Below are positions 9,490 to 19,206 of a stretch of DNA of 64,000 nt, piece after piece. The stretch is taken from positions 32,001 to 96,000 of the forward strand of contig CAVWBU010000027.1 in the NCBI GenBank assembly GCA_963753345.1, in the 5' to 3' direction. The notes under the pieces were generated by a model. That model was not told the DNA's origin and did no database searches. It saw nothing but the letters and a program-made list of their open reading frames with translations. Source of the stretch: an uncultured Fibrobacterota bacterium. Its GTDB lineage: Bacteria > Fibrobacterota > Chitinivibrionia > Chitinivibrionales > FEN-1185. Position 1 is the first letter of the stretch. The number at the start of each line of letters is the position of its first letter. A program made the translations under genes and the position numbers.

Positions 9490-9634
9490 CAAGGGATGTA
9501 CAAGGCGGATGGAATTTTGATCATTTGGTAAAAGCGCGCACAAGGACGCTTCTCGGGTCTGTAAATGTGCTTGAAGGATATCGACCGTTAGGTAAAATTA
9601 ATGGCGAAAAGGGTTTGATTCGTGAAAGAGGAAA

Positions 9635-10330
9635 TTGATGTTTAAACATCAAACGTTGTCTCTCTTACTGGTTGAGGTGGTGCTTTTATTTATTAGCTGC
9701 GGCCTGCAAAATAGTACAACAACTACCGTCAGTGTTGATCCTGCGGCCCTTATTTATCCACGGCAGATCAAAAGAGGATCGTCAATTGTATTGGAAGTGG
9801 GTTACATGTACGATCCCAACTTGGCTTTTCGCGGTAGTGTAAGTAGAAAGGACAATGTTTACAATGTAGTACTTAAAGGGATAGAGACAGATATCAATTC
9901 TAACCCGTTCCCAAGTGGATTGTATACGTGCCCATTAGACTTGGGAGTCTTTGATTCGCAGACCACTTATAGAGTGATAATAAATAATGCTGTGGGCGGC
10001 ATGTTCGACGTCCAGTGTACAACAGGCGTGTATGACTCAATGGCCTTTCCAATCAGCTATGAATATTACGTCAAGACATCTAACGCCCTTTTTAACGCCG
10101 ATACTCTGAATGGGTTTGAAGCATGGATTGCCGACAGTACGCAAGATTCGTTGTATACCGTTATCCCATTGCTTCGGACTGGAAATGGATATTGGAAATC
10201 TGGTTTTAAAAGCTACGTTGATTCGATGTTTATTCACCTAATTCCATTAGGTGTATTGACTTCAACATCTCAAATTTCCCTCTTTCGACTGACAATAGAG
10301 GATAGGGTTAGAATATGTGTCTTAAAATAA
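9635..10330 (+). CDS. Hypothetical lipoprotein (AT-rich)
   Basis: Hydrophobic leader ending LLFISC (lipobox-like), GAGG RBS, 231 aa. Confidence 0.7.
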   Translation: MMFKHQTLSLLLVEVVLLFISCGLQNSTTTTVSVDPAALIYPRQIKRGSSIVLEVGYMYDPNLAFRGSVSRKDNVYNVVLKGIETDINSNPFPSGLYTCPLDLGVFDSQTTYRVIINNAVGGMFDVQCTTGVYDSMAFPISYEYYVKTSNALFNADTLNGFEAWIADSTQDSLYTVIPLLRTGNGYWKSGFKSYVDSMFIHLIPLGVLTSTSQISLFRLTIEDRVRICVLK

Positions 10331-10382
10331 AGACAATGGCAAAATAAAATTCACCTAGGACGTGGAAGGCGGATGGCGGAAT

Positions 10383-10841
10383 TTACAGCACCTGCCCCTT
10401 TGTCTTCGAATACTCCTTGATGATCCTCACAAACCGGTATATCGAGCTGATCGTTCTGGCCGAAATTCGGTGCCAATTATGGTTCGTAATAAAAGTTCCC
10501 CCGCCTGCCGTCTTGCGGATGTGGCCGGCCAGGTCCATAAGGACCTCGATCTGGTCCGGGTTGAGAGGGATCACGACGCGCCCGGGGTCGCGCTGCACGG
10601 TCCCGCCGTATATTTCCACGAGATCAACAATTCCCTGGCTCAGCGGAATTGAACCCAGCAGTTCAAAAACGAATTTCCCGCGTGCGCCCACGGTGACGAA
10701 CATGGAGCAGAACTGCGTGAGATCGTCGTTATCATCCATGTCGTCAATCTGGATCGCGGAATCCTTCCTGAGTGTTCCTGTAAGAAACTCCTTTTCACCG
10801 AGATAGGCCTCTGCCAGGTACTGTCTGAGCCGTGCCGACAT
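10383..10841 (-). CDS. Hypothetical protein
   Basis: 152-aa ORF (MSARLRQYLAEAY...) with AGGAAG RBS and typical codon usage. Confidence 0.65.
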   Translation of the reverse strand: MSARLRQYLAEAYLGEKEFLTGTLRKDSAIQIDDMDDNDDLTQFCSMFVTVGARGKFVFELLGSIPLSQGIVDLVEIYGGTVQRDPGRVVIPLNPDQIEVLMDLAGHIRKTAGGGTFITNHNWHRISARTISSIYRFVRIIKEYSKTKGQVL

Positions 10842-11030
10842 AGCAGTCTTCCTATGCACCTGTTGCCGCCGGGCCGGTGCGCCTGCCGCACATGGATTGA
10901 TTTAAAAAAGATACTTGGTTCGCCGGACGCCTGCCAACTATTCATGGGTTGCGTTCAGGAACAGCGGGAAAGTCTGCGGAATCCTGCGGCAGGCGTGGTG
11001 AGGCGATTTGCTTTCCAATCAGTTTTTTTC

Positions 11031-11059
11031 TTGACCGCGGCCTGTCGTACAAATAATAT
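11031..11059 (+). promoter_or_regulatory. Putative sigma70 promoter of cspA
   Basis: TTGACC-17 nt-TAATAT about 70 bp upstream of the ATG. Confidence 0.45.
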
Positions 11060-11129
11060 TTAGAGGCATGGATATCAGTATGATATCCTGTTTTATTTTA
11101 CAATTAAATTTTAAGAAAGGTTGTTGTTT

Positions 11130-11336
11130 ATGGCGACAGGAGTTGTAAAGTGGTTCAACAGGTCCAAAGGCTACGGCTTCATCAAACCCGATGACGGCTC
11201 GAAAGACGTGTTTGTTCATTTCTCCGCCATTATCGGCGAAGGCGTGAAGGATCTCAAGGAAGGCGAAAAGGTTGAGTTCGAAATCGTTGTGAATCAGAAG
11301 GGACCGAATGCGAAAGATGTGAAGGTGGTCGCATAG
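11130..11336 (+). CDS. cspA: Cold shock protein (CspA family)
   Basis: [13 protein letters not shown]1 KGYGFI, RNP2 VFVHFSAI. Confidence 0.95.
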   Translation: MATGVVKWFNRSKGYGFIKPDDGSKDVFVHFSAIIGEGVKDLKEGEKVEFEIVVNQKGPNAKDVKVVA

Positions 11337-11380
11337 TCCCGCAGATTCGCGTTTTTGACGGATAAGCAGACTATCGCCGG

Positions 11381-11411
11381 ATGCCGTACTTTTCAGTACG
11401 GCATTTTTTTT
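11381..11411 (+). terminator. Rho-independent terminator
   Basis: ATGCCGTACT-TTTC-AGTACGGCAT followed by a T run. Confidence 0.8.
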
Positions 11412-11513
11412 GCTTTCCGGCGAAACCGCGCTTACCTTGCGGTCGAGCATTTTATATTTTTGTAAAGAACAGGCCGCCTCTTTTTTCACCCGGCAGGTCC
11501 GCTCGACACGCAC

Positions 11514-13985
11514 ATGGCAAACCGCATGCCGCCATTTCTCATCACTTCGCCTGACGGCCGCGCACGAGTGCGCGCGGCCGGGCAACGAACCCTGTTTGTT
11601 CTGTGGGTCCTGTTCGCCATTTTGTGCCGGGATGCCTGGGGCGCAACGAAAGGTGCCTTTCTTCAGGAACAATTTGCAGACCTCGATTCTCTGTTGTTGC
11701 GGACTGCGGCGCTCCCCAAGTCAAGTTTGAAGGAGAACGAACCCGTCAACGCGTTTTTCCATAGGCTTCTCGGGCGGTACCCCGAAATCGTGCAGATTTT
11801 GCGCACCAATGCAAAAGGAACCATCGTGAACGATGCGGAGCCGCTTGGCAGGCCGGAGGAACTGCGCGTCAATGCGTCGGACAGCGCCTGGCATGCCAAT
11901 CCGTGCAGAAACCTCGGGCCATGGCACAGTCCTCTCATGAAGGATAACCGGCGGCCCTACCTTGTCTGGAGCAGGCCGTTGACGGTGCGCACGGCAATCG
12001 GCAGGCAACAGTTCCACGGCGTGGTGGCATTCAAGATCGACGTGTTCGCGTGTTTCAAGAATTTCGCGGCGCATGTCGACGGCCCTTTCGAGATCCTGCT
12101 TGACGGCAGGAGTTTTTACTACCTTTCGTGGTCGGACACCATTCCTTTCAACGAAACGAGCGTGGTGATTCCCGGCGCCATTGTGCTCGCCCTTCGCCTG
12201 CCGAAAGCCGTGGGGGAGGTCCGGACGCCGCCGGCCGCCGGGCCGCAGGCGGCCGAACGCGCCGCACCGGTTCCGCGCCCGACCGAGGCCGAATCGTTGA
12301 CAAAAGAGGAAGACGGCGGCGCGGCTTTGCAGGGCGAAGTTCCCGTGCAGCGGAGCAGGGTGTCCGGCGACCTGTGGCTGTGGGTTGCAGCCGTTGCCCT
12401 GATTCTGGCGGGGGTGTTCGGCGCGGTGTTTATTGCCGGCCGCGCGCGAAGGCGCGCCGCACGGGACAGAACCGGCCCGGATGTCGGCGCGCCGGACTGG
12501 GCAAAGGAGTCGGCCGACATTGCCGCCCATGCCGGTTCAACGGATGCGGCCGAAGAGGTGACGGAAATCGGCGCCGGGGCGGCGTCCGCTCCGGCTGCTG
12601 CGCCGGAGGAGCTTTCCGATTTGCAAACAAGCGGCGCGCCGCCGCCTGGTAATGCTGCGCCGGATGCGGCCTCCGAGGCCCAACAGGCGGATGCGGAGCC
12701 GGTGCTTGGTCCCGACGACCGGCAGCGCATCAGAAACGAGGAACGCAAGCGGGTCGAAGAACAATACGCGCAGGAGATCCGCGCCGGGCTGCGCGAAGCC
12801 CTTACGGCCGAGATCAGGGCCGGGCTGGCCGCCGAAGTCCGGGCGGAGGTGGAGGCCAATGAGCGGGACGCAATTTACAAGAAGGAACGTGAGGCGCTCA
12901 CGTCGACGGTGCGGCGGGAACTCGCCGAACAGGACCGGCCGACGGTCGTCGAAATGCAGAGAAAACGTCTCTTCGCCGAAATAAGCGAAAGCGTCACGAA
13001 GTCGCTTTCCGCAGAATACGAGGAAAAGGCGCGCGCCGCGCTCCAGGCGGAGGTGGCGAAAAAGGTCGCGGACAAGGAGGCGGACCGCATCCGCAACGAG
13101 GAAACCGAACGGCTCAGGGAAACGCTGCGCGCAAGGATCATCGAAGAGGAAGCGCCGAAACTTGCCCGCACCATGCGCGAGAGCCTGGCTCGGGAAATCC
13201 GCGAAAAACTGGAAACGGGCGAGGGGGACGTGATCCGGAAGGGAATCCTGGCCGAAATAAGGGCCGGCGTCCGGGATGAACTTCTCGCCACCGAGCGCGT
13301 GAGGATCCGCGCCGAACAGCTTGAAAAGCTTGAGCGCGAACTGAGCGGTGAAATCGTTGCCGCGGAGAAGGAGAAAATCAGATCCGCGCTCCTTGACAAA
13401 GTGGCGCGCGAGGAGCGCGAGCGCGTTGAATCCGAAGACCGGCCGGCTATTCTCGAGGCGGAACGCAGCCGCCTGCTGGCCGAGGAATCGCCAGCATTGC
13501 GCGAAGAACTCCGCCGGAAGATACGGAGCCAGGAGATGGAGGCCATTCGAGAATCGGTGAAGTCGGAGATCTATCTGGAAACGGTGCAGGCGATACGCAA
13601 CGGACTGGAAGAGAAATACGCGTCTGCCGTAAAGGACCAGCTCGCGGGCATGAAGCAGGGACTTGGCAAGAAAGCGCGTACCGATTTAAAAAGCGGTCTT
13701 GAGCACGACTACGTCGGACTTACCGAAGGCGTCGAGCATCTCCTTGGGTTTCTTGCCGACAGCGAAGCTCTCAAGTCGCTTGGACAGACCGTTACGCTTC
13801 TGTCCGAAGAGAAGAAGAAGTACAAGTACTTCAACCTTAATGCCGTCCAGACCGAAAGCCTTCTTGATTACCTGAAGCGCGTTCATGCGCGTTTCAGCAT
13901 ATATCTCGATGACGTTGACCAGCGGGTGCGGGGCCTTATGCTCAAACTTGGCAGTCTCAAGAACAAACTTGACAGCGAGGAGTGA
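11514..13985 (+). CDS. Hypothetical membrane protein with extracytoplasmic N-domain and long E/R-rich coiled coil
   Basis: Hydrophobic leader, TM at LWLWVAAVALILAGVFGAVFIAG, Ala/Pro linker, about 400 aa of charged helical sequence. Confidence 0.75.
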   Translation: MANRMPPFLITSPDGRARVRAAGQRTLFVLWVLFAILCRDAWGATKGAFLQEQFADLDSLLLRTAALPKSSLKENEPVNAFFHRLLGRYPEIVQILRTNAKGTIVNDAEPLGRPEELRVNASDSAWHANPCRNLGPWHSPLMKDNRRPYLVWSRPLTVRTAIGRQQFHGVVAFKIDVFACFKNFAAHVDGPFEILLDGRSFYYLSWSDTIPFNETSVVIPGAIVLALRLPKAVGEVRTPPAAGPQAAERAAPVPRPTEAESLTKEEDGGAALQGEVPVQRSRVSGDLWLWVAAVALILAGVFGAVFIAGRARRRAARDRTGPDVGAPDWAKESADIAAHAGSTDAAEEVTEIGAGAASAPAAAPEELSDLQTSGAPPPGNAAPDAASEAQQADAEPVLGPDDRQRIRNEERKRVEEQYAQEIRAGLREALTAEIRAGLAAEVRAEVEANERDAIYKKEREALTSTVRRELAEQDRPTVVEMQRKRLFAEISESVTKSLSAEYEEKARAALQAEVAKKVADKEADRIRNEETERLRETLRARIIEEEAPKLARTMRESLAREIREKLETGEGDVIRKGILAEIRAGVRDELLATERVRIRAEQLEKLERELSGEIVAAEKEKIRSALLDKVAREERERVESEDRPAILEAERSRLLAEESPALREELRRKIRSQEMEAIRESVKSEIYLETVQAIRNGLEEKYASAVKDQLAGMKQGLGKKARTDLKSGLEHDYVGLTEGVEHLLGFLADSEALKSLGQTVTLLSEEKKKYKYFNLNAVQTESLLDYLKRVHARFSIYLDDVDQRVRGLMLKLGSLKNKLDSEE

Positions 13986-13988
13986 CCA

Positions 13989-14525
13989 ATGACTCACCGG
14001 ACCATGCGGAAGAAGCACTCTTCATCGATTGTCGCGAAGTTCGCGGCCGGCATAGGGCAGGACTCACACAGGTTTGAGCGCAGGCGTTCCGCAAAGCCGC
14101 TCGTGCTCGCCGGGGTGAAGATCCCCGGCTGCCCGGGGCTCGAAGGCAACAGCGACGCGGACGTGGTGCTGCATGCGCTCACCAACGCGGTTTCGGGCAT
14201 CACCGGCATCAATATTCTGGGACCCATTGCCGACAGGATGTGCCTCGTCCAAAACATCCGCGACAGCGGCGCCTATCTTGCAAAGGCCACGGAGGCAATG
14301 GGGTCGTGGCGCCTGTGCCACGTTTCGGTCGCAATCGAGGCAAAACGGCCGAGGCTGGTTGGCCACCTGCGCGCCATGCGCGTCTCCCTTGCGCGTCTCT
14401 GTTCGCTGCCGATTGACGAAATAGGAATAACCGCGACCAGCGGTGAAGGACTCACCGCGTTCGGAAAGGGCCTGGGCATCCAGGCATTCGCGGTTGTCAC
14501 GGCGCAGCGCGGCGGGCGGCGCTAG
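13989..14525 (+). CDS. ispF: 2-C-methyl-D-erythritol 2,4-cyclodiphosphate synthase
   Basis: GIGQDSHRF, LVLAGVKIP, SDADVVLHAL, ITATSGEGLTAFGKGLGI. Confidence 0.92.
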   Translation: MTHRTMRKKHSSSIVAKFAAGIGQDSHRFERRRSAKPLVLAGVKIPGCPGLEGNSDADVVLHALTNAVSGITGINILGPIADRMCLVQNIRDSGAYLAKATEAMGSWRLCHVSVAIEAKRPRLVGHLRAMRVSLARLCSLPIDEIGITATSGEGLTAFGKGLGIQAFAVVTAQRGGRR

Positions 14526-16936
14526 GGGATCACAAACACTTTCTGCGCCTGTTTCTTCATGCCCTTCGTTACCGGATCACGGTATCCGACATAGGCGAAA
14601 TAAACTCCCGGCGACACGGCCGCGCCCGCCGCATTGCACAGATGCCAGTCAAAGCCGTACGTTGATTCCGCGAGCGAGCGGGGCTGGCTGTTTTGCCCCT
14701 TAACGTCATGTGCAAGGAGCGTGCCGTTAATGGCGTATATCCACAGTTCGAGGAGGTTCGCGCCGCGGAACGCCATGCGGGTGTCGCGCGATTTTCGCGC
14801 CGGATTGGGATACGCGACATACGGAACCGACGTGTCGACGGTGAATGCCCGGACAAACAGCGCGTATATTCCGGGACCGGGCGGCGCACACTGCCACACC
14901 ACATTCGATGAATCGCCGGCAACCGCGGCGCCTGCGCAGGAGGACCATTTTCCGGACGAAGCGCTGTAGCGGCAGAGGGCGAGCGAGGAATCCGGCACGT
15001 GATGCAGCGCGGCGATCGCGTGCACGCCGGCGCGGGATTCCGTGATGGAAAGCTGCATCGCGGCGCCGCCGTGCAGCCACGAGAGCGGAAATTCGACGTC
15101 GTAGAATGATCCCGCCGCAAAGAGGCTGTCGCTCAGGGCCGACTGCGCCTGCTGCCCGGATATGACGGTTGTCGCAACAGTCAACGAACACAGAAGGTCT
15201 GCGGATGCGAGCACCGAGACCGTTGCATAAGGGGCGGTTGCGGGGGTGCCGGCCGCGGCCGAGGAATACAGTGCAGTTTCCCCTTTGTGAACCGTCACGC
15301 CGCAGGGCTGGAAGCCCACCGTGGCGGTCCTGGCGGTGTCGTACCGGGCATTCACCGCGATCACCAGCGCTTCGGTGAAGTTCTGCCAGCCCGCAATGAC
15401 GGTTGCTCCGACGCCTTTCGACGACAGCGGAAGCGTGAGGATGGAGTCGTGGGCGGGGGCGGAATCCTTTTTCAGGATGCAATGCACGCTCCACATCGGA
15501 CTCGTGTCGGCGCCGCCCGCCGCGGTCGTGTCGCCGGTAAAGCTGAGCCCGAGCGTGGGGTTGTCGGTCGGCTGGTGCAGGTAGGAAAACGTGTTCATGC
15601 TGAAAAGGTCAACCGGTTTCGTCACCGAGCCCGAAGCATCGGGAACATCGTTCGGGTACGTCCAATCTCCACCGAGCAGGGGCGCGTCGGTAATGAACCT
15701 GCCGGGCACCGCGCGGGGCCCGGTGTAGTAACTCCCGGTGTAGAAACTGCCCAGGATGTCGGCCCAGGTGCGGCCTGCGGCCGCAGAGGACTTGTCGAGA
15801 TCGGGCTTGAACCGGATTGCCTGCTGGTAATTATTGAAGAGCATGTTCTTGACAAAGTCTATCCTCGGCGTCGGATAGGCGAATTCGTACAGATAATGGG
15901 TGGCAAGAGCGTTTTTGTAAAGATCGTTGGGGTCCGGGGTCGTCCAGACAAACGCAGGGGCGAAGGGGTCGTCGAAAAACGAAGCGGCATACTGGATGTA
16001 ATCGTGCACATATTCAAAACCCAGGCCTTCCATGAGCACCGCAGTGCCTTCGAGCCACGAGGAGGGAAATCCATCCAGAAACAGGTCGCCGTTGATGTCC
16101 CCGGTGGGTGGCTGCCTGGTCATCGCATACTGTACGCCATGAAAGAACTCATGGCAGCAGGTGACCTCGACCGGTTCTTCCGGGTGCGTTCCGTAGTTGT
16201 TACCGTTGACGATGAACCCGGTCCAATCGTTGCGCAGCTCCATGTAGCAGCGCAGACCGATGCCTGCCGGCACCGAGCCGTACGGCCAGTACCAGGTCCA
16301 GGCGTAGATTCCCGCATCATCCCCGGTAAACTGGCGTATGCATATTTTGTATCGCGGCGACGGATGCGCGGCATCCACCAGCGGCCACGGCTTGACAAAG
16401 CCGAACCTGTCGATTTCCATTGACCACGCGCTGTCGGCGGCGTAGGCCACCAGATCGATGTAATCCGGGACGCCGTTGCCCTTATGCAACCTGTTGCGCC
16501 AATTGTTTGGATCGTACCCGAAGGTGTCGACGGGGGATACAGGCTCCTGGCCGGAGGTGTCGTACCAGATCTCGAAGTTGCCGCCGGGTGAAACGTACGC
16601 CTTCCACGTCGGCGGTATGCCGGCGCCATACTCGTATGTCGCTTTGAACGAAGGTGAGAGAAGGTTCCAGTACTTGGCGAGTGCAAACAGGTCGGCATCG
16701 GTGGGCGTGACCACAGGACCGGATAACGCACCCTTTACTCCGGCGCGCCGCTGGAAATAGGGCAGGAGCGCTGCCTCAAACGCCGGAATCGCCTGCTTGA
16801 TTTGCGCGAGGGTCGTTTTCCCCTCAAGCAGGCTCGATGCAGCGGCATGATGACGGCTCATCAATGCCTTGGCATTGGGAGAGACAGCGCAAAGCAGGAC
16901 AAGAAGTGCCGCTATCCGGCACAGGAGTTTGATCAA
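14522..16936 (-). CDS. Secreted zinc metalloprotease (HEFFH; MXAN_6640-like) with FlgD/T9SS-like C-terminal domain; start approximate
   Basis: Signal peptide (IAALLVLLCAVSPNAKA), GNGVPDYID, HEFFHGVQY, WLEGTAVLME, C-terminal YPNP...VSPGVYF. Confidence 0.8.
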   Translation of the reverse strand: MIKLLCRIAALLVLLCAVSPNAKALMSRHHAAASSLLEGKTTLAQIKQAIPAFEAALLPYFQRRAGVKGALSGPVVTPTDADLFALAKYWNLLSPSFKATYEYGAGIPPTWKAYVSPGGNFEIWYDTSGQEPVSPVDTFGYDPNNWRNRLHKGNGVPDYIDLVAYAADSAWSMEIDRFGFVKPWPLVDAAHPSPRYKICIRQFTGDDAGIYAWTWYWPYGSVPAGIGLRCYMELRNDWTGFIVNGNNYGTHPEEPVEVTCCHEFFHGVQYAMTRQPPTGDINGDLFLDGFPSSWLEGTAVLMEGLGFEYVHDYIQYAASFFDDPFAPAFVWTTPDPNDLYKNALATHYLYEFAYPTPRIDFVKNMLFNNYQQAIRFKPDLDKSSAAAGRTWADILGSFYTGSYYTGPRAVPGRFITDAPLLGGDWTYPNDVPDASGSVTKPVDLFSMNTFSYLHQPTDNPTLGLSFTGDTTAAGGADTSPMWSVHCILKKDSAPAHDSILTLPLSSKGVGATVIAGWQNFTEALVIAVNARYDTARTATVGFQPCGVTVHKGETALYSSAAAGTPATAPYATVSVLASADLLCSLTVATTVISGQQAQSALSDSLFAAGSFYDVEFPLSWLHGGAAMQLSITESRAGVHAIAALHHVPDSSLALCRYSASSGKWSSCAGAAVAGDSSNVVWQCAPPGPGIYALFVRAFTVDTSVPYVAYPNPARKSRDTRMAFRGANLLELWIYAINGTLLAHDVKGQNSQPRSLAESTYGFDWHLCNAAGAAVSPGVYFAYVGYRDPVTKGMKKQAQKVFVIP

Positions 16937-17117
16937 GGAATCGCTTCCGTTCGAAGTTGAAGATCGCGGTTTTAAAAATACGTCACCAGTATTACGTTTT
17001 GGAATGTAATAGTGGTGGGGGTGAAAAACAAAAGTGCCCGGGGATTGGATTGCGCCACTGCTCTCCAGGGTATATTTTTTGATCACCAGGCTGTCAATCT
17101 TACCGGTTACGGACATA

Positions 17118-17993
17118 ATGGACACTCTTCCCGACGATACTCCTCCTCTCGAAACCCCGTCCTCCAGGAACAACCGGAGTTTTTCCCTGTTCCAGCCGCA
17201 GCCGAGGGTCTCCTCGGGCGAATACGGACCGAAGAAGAAACGCGGCGGCATCTGGGCCGTGCTGGCGGGAATCGGCGTTGTCCTCCTGAAGTTCAAGTCG
17301 ATCCTCATCGCGCTCAAGTTCGGCAAGGTCGCGGGCACCATCATATCCATGTTCGTGATGATATGGGTGTATGCCCTGCAGTTCGGGTGGTGGTATGCGG
17401 CGGGGTTTGTCCTGCTCATCGCCGTGCACGAGAGCGGGCACGTGCTTGCCGCGCGCGGGGCCGGGCTCAAGGTGTCGATGCCGATCTTTATCCCGTTCGT
17501 GGGCGCCTTCATCTCGATGAAACAGCAGCCGACCAACGCGCGGACCGAGGCGATTGTTGCCGCGGGAGGGCCTGTGCTGGGCAGCATCGGCGCGTTTCTT
17601 TGTCTTGGCCTCGGCATCATGTACAAAAGCGAATTGCTCCTCGCCCTGGCCTACACCGGTTGCTTTCTCAATCTTTTCAATCTTGTTCCCGTGCATCCGC
17701 TTGACGGAGGGAGAATCGTGACCGCCATTTCGCCGCTCATGTGGATCATCGGCATTCCGGTTCTGGTGTACATTGCGCTGCGGTATCCGAACCCGATAGT
17801 AATCCTGTTCGTCATTCTCGGCGCGTTCCAGGCCTACCGGCTGTGGAAGTCGCCGAACAAGGAATACTTCGCGGTGTCGCGGACGACCCGGATCACGTTC
17901 GCCGTGCTGTATTTCGGGCTGATGCTCGTGCTCGGCGCGACCATGTCGTGGATTCACGGGTTGCGGATGGCGGCGGCGGGAAACGGATTGTAA
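17118..17993 (+). CDS. Site-2 protease family (M50) intramembrane metalloprotease
   Basis: HESGH, AAGGP and FNLVPVHPLDGG motifs, multiple TMs. Confidence 0.93.
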   Translation: MDTLPDDTPPLETPSSRNNRSFSLFQPQPRVSSGEYGPKKKRGGIWAVLAGIGVVLLKFKSILIALKFGKVAGTIISMFVMIWVYALQFGWWYAAGFVLLIAVHESGHVLAARGAGLKVSMPIFIPFVGAFISMKQQPTNARTEAIVAAGGPVLGSIGAFLCLGLGIMYKSELLLALAYTGCFLNLFNLVPVHPLDGGRIVTAISPLMWIIGIPVLVYIALRYPNPIVILFVILGAFQAYRLWKSPNKEYFAVSRTTRITFAVLYFGLMLVLGATMSWIHGLRMAAAGNGL

Positions 17994-18018
17994 GACTATT
18001 GATAAATAGAAAAAGAAT

Positions 18019-18182
18019 TGGGCGTTCCCCTCGCTCCGCTCGGGTCGGTCTCCCTGCGGGCTCGGCCATCCGGCCTCGTTGCCGGTCCGCCCCGATGGCC
18101 TGCGGCCGGGGTCGGCCGGCAATTCGCTATAGCTCACCCTCCGGTCCACCTAACGCGTGGCAACCGAATTCCATTCAGTCAA
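18019..18182 (+). repeat. Conserved structured element Y, copy 2 of 3
   Basis: TGGGCGTTCCCC...CCACCTAACGCG then TTCAGTCAA at the same spacing as in the other copies. Confidence 0.85.
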
Positions 18183-18301
18183 TTATTTCTTTTTGGGCCA
18201 TTTTAAGTGTCCCATGCCGACATGAAGTATTTTTGCAATTTCTAGCACTTATAACGACTTCTCGTCGCACAGTTACTTGACAAAAGAAGAAGGAACTTCG
18301 A

Positions 18302-19195
18302 ATGACCATTGTTCTGCCGAAAGACTACCATGCGAAGGAAGCGCTCGAACAGCGGCGCGTGCTGGTCGTAGACCAGGAACAGGCGCTCAAGGAGGACATC
18401 CGGGCGCTGCGCATCGGCGTGCTCAACATCATGCCGCAGGCCGAACGGTACGAATTGAGCCTGCTGTATCCGCTCGGAAGGTCGGTGCTGCAGATCGAGC
18501 CGGTGTGGATCCGCCTGGAGACGCACACCTACACGAGCACCGACCAGTCGCACCTTGACAAGCTGTACGTCACCTTCGAGGAAGCGGTTGCGCGCAGCAA
18601 GCTCGACGGGCTCATCGTAACAGGCGCGCCCGTGGAGGAAATTCCGTTCGAACAGGTGACCTACTGGGAGGAGATTCAGCGCATTTTAAAATACGCACAA
18701 CGCAATGTCGCTTCCACGCTGGGGCTGTGCTGGGGCGCGCTTGCCATCGCAAAGTTTCTGGGCATGGAGAAGGTGACGTACCCGCGCAAGCTGTTCGGCG
18801 TGTTCAAGACCGTCAATCTCGACCGCTCCAACCGGATCACCGGCGACATGGACGATGTATTCTGGTGCCCGCAGAGCAGGCACTCCGGCATTCCCGACAA
18901 GGTGCTCGAGGAGCGGCGCGACAAGGGGACAATCCATCTTCTCGCGCATTCCAAAGACGCGGGGTATGTGATTTTCGAGAGCGCCGACCAGCGTTTCATC
19001 ATGCATCTCGGCCATCTGGAATACGAGCCGGGCAGGCTCGTGGAGGAATACCGGCGCGACGTAAAGGCGGGCAGGAAGGACGTGAAGCCGCCGAAGAACG
19101 TGGACCTCGACGCACCCGTCAACGTGTGGCGCGCGCACGGCAACGAGTTCTTCTCACAGTGGATAAAGTTCGTTCACGAAACGACGCAGTATTAG
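18302..19195 (+). CDS. metA: Homoserine O-acyltransferase, MetA family (likely acetyl-CoA specific)
   Basis: DIRALRIGVLNIMP, DGLIVTGAPVE (Glu at the specificity position), CWGA, PQSRH, GHLEY. Confidence 0.93.
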   Translation: MTIVLPKDYHAKEALEQRRVLVVDQEQALKEDIRALRIGVLNIMPQAERYELSLLYPLGRSVLQIEPVWIRLETHTYTSTDQSHLDKLYVTFEEAVARSKLDGLIVTGAPVEEIPFEQVTYWEEIQRILKYAQRNVASTLGLCWGALAIAKFLGMEKVTYPRKLFGVFKTVNLDRSNRITGDMDDVFWCPQSRHSGIPDKVLEERRDKGTIHLLAHSKDAGYVIFESADQRFIMHLGHLEYEPGRLVEEYRRDVKAGRKDVKPPKNVDLDAPVNVWRAHGNEFFSQWIKFVHETTQY

Positions 19196-19206
19196 AAAGA
19201 AGTCAC

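Noticed and set aside
16937-17626. First ~230 aa of the 1034-aa minus-strand ORF
   Set aside because: Antisense shadow of the M50 protease gene; the signal peptide begins near 16936
18727-19206. N-terminal extension of cysE (460-aa ORF)
   Set aside because: Out-of-frame overlap with metA; the likely start is ATG 19207
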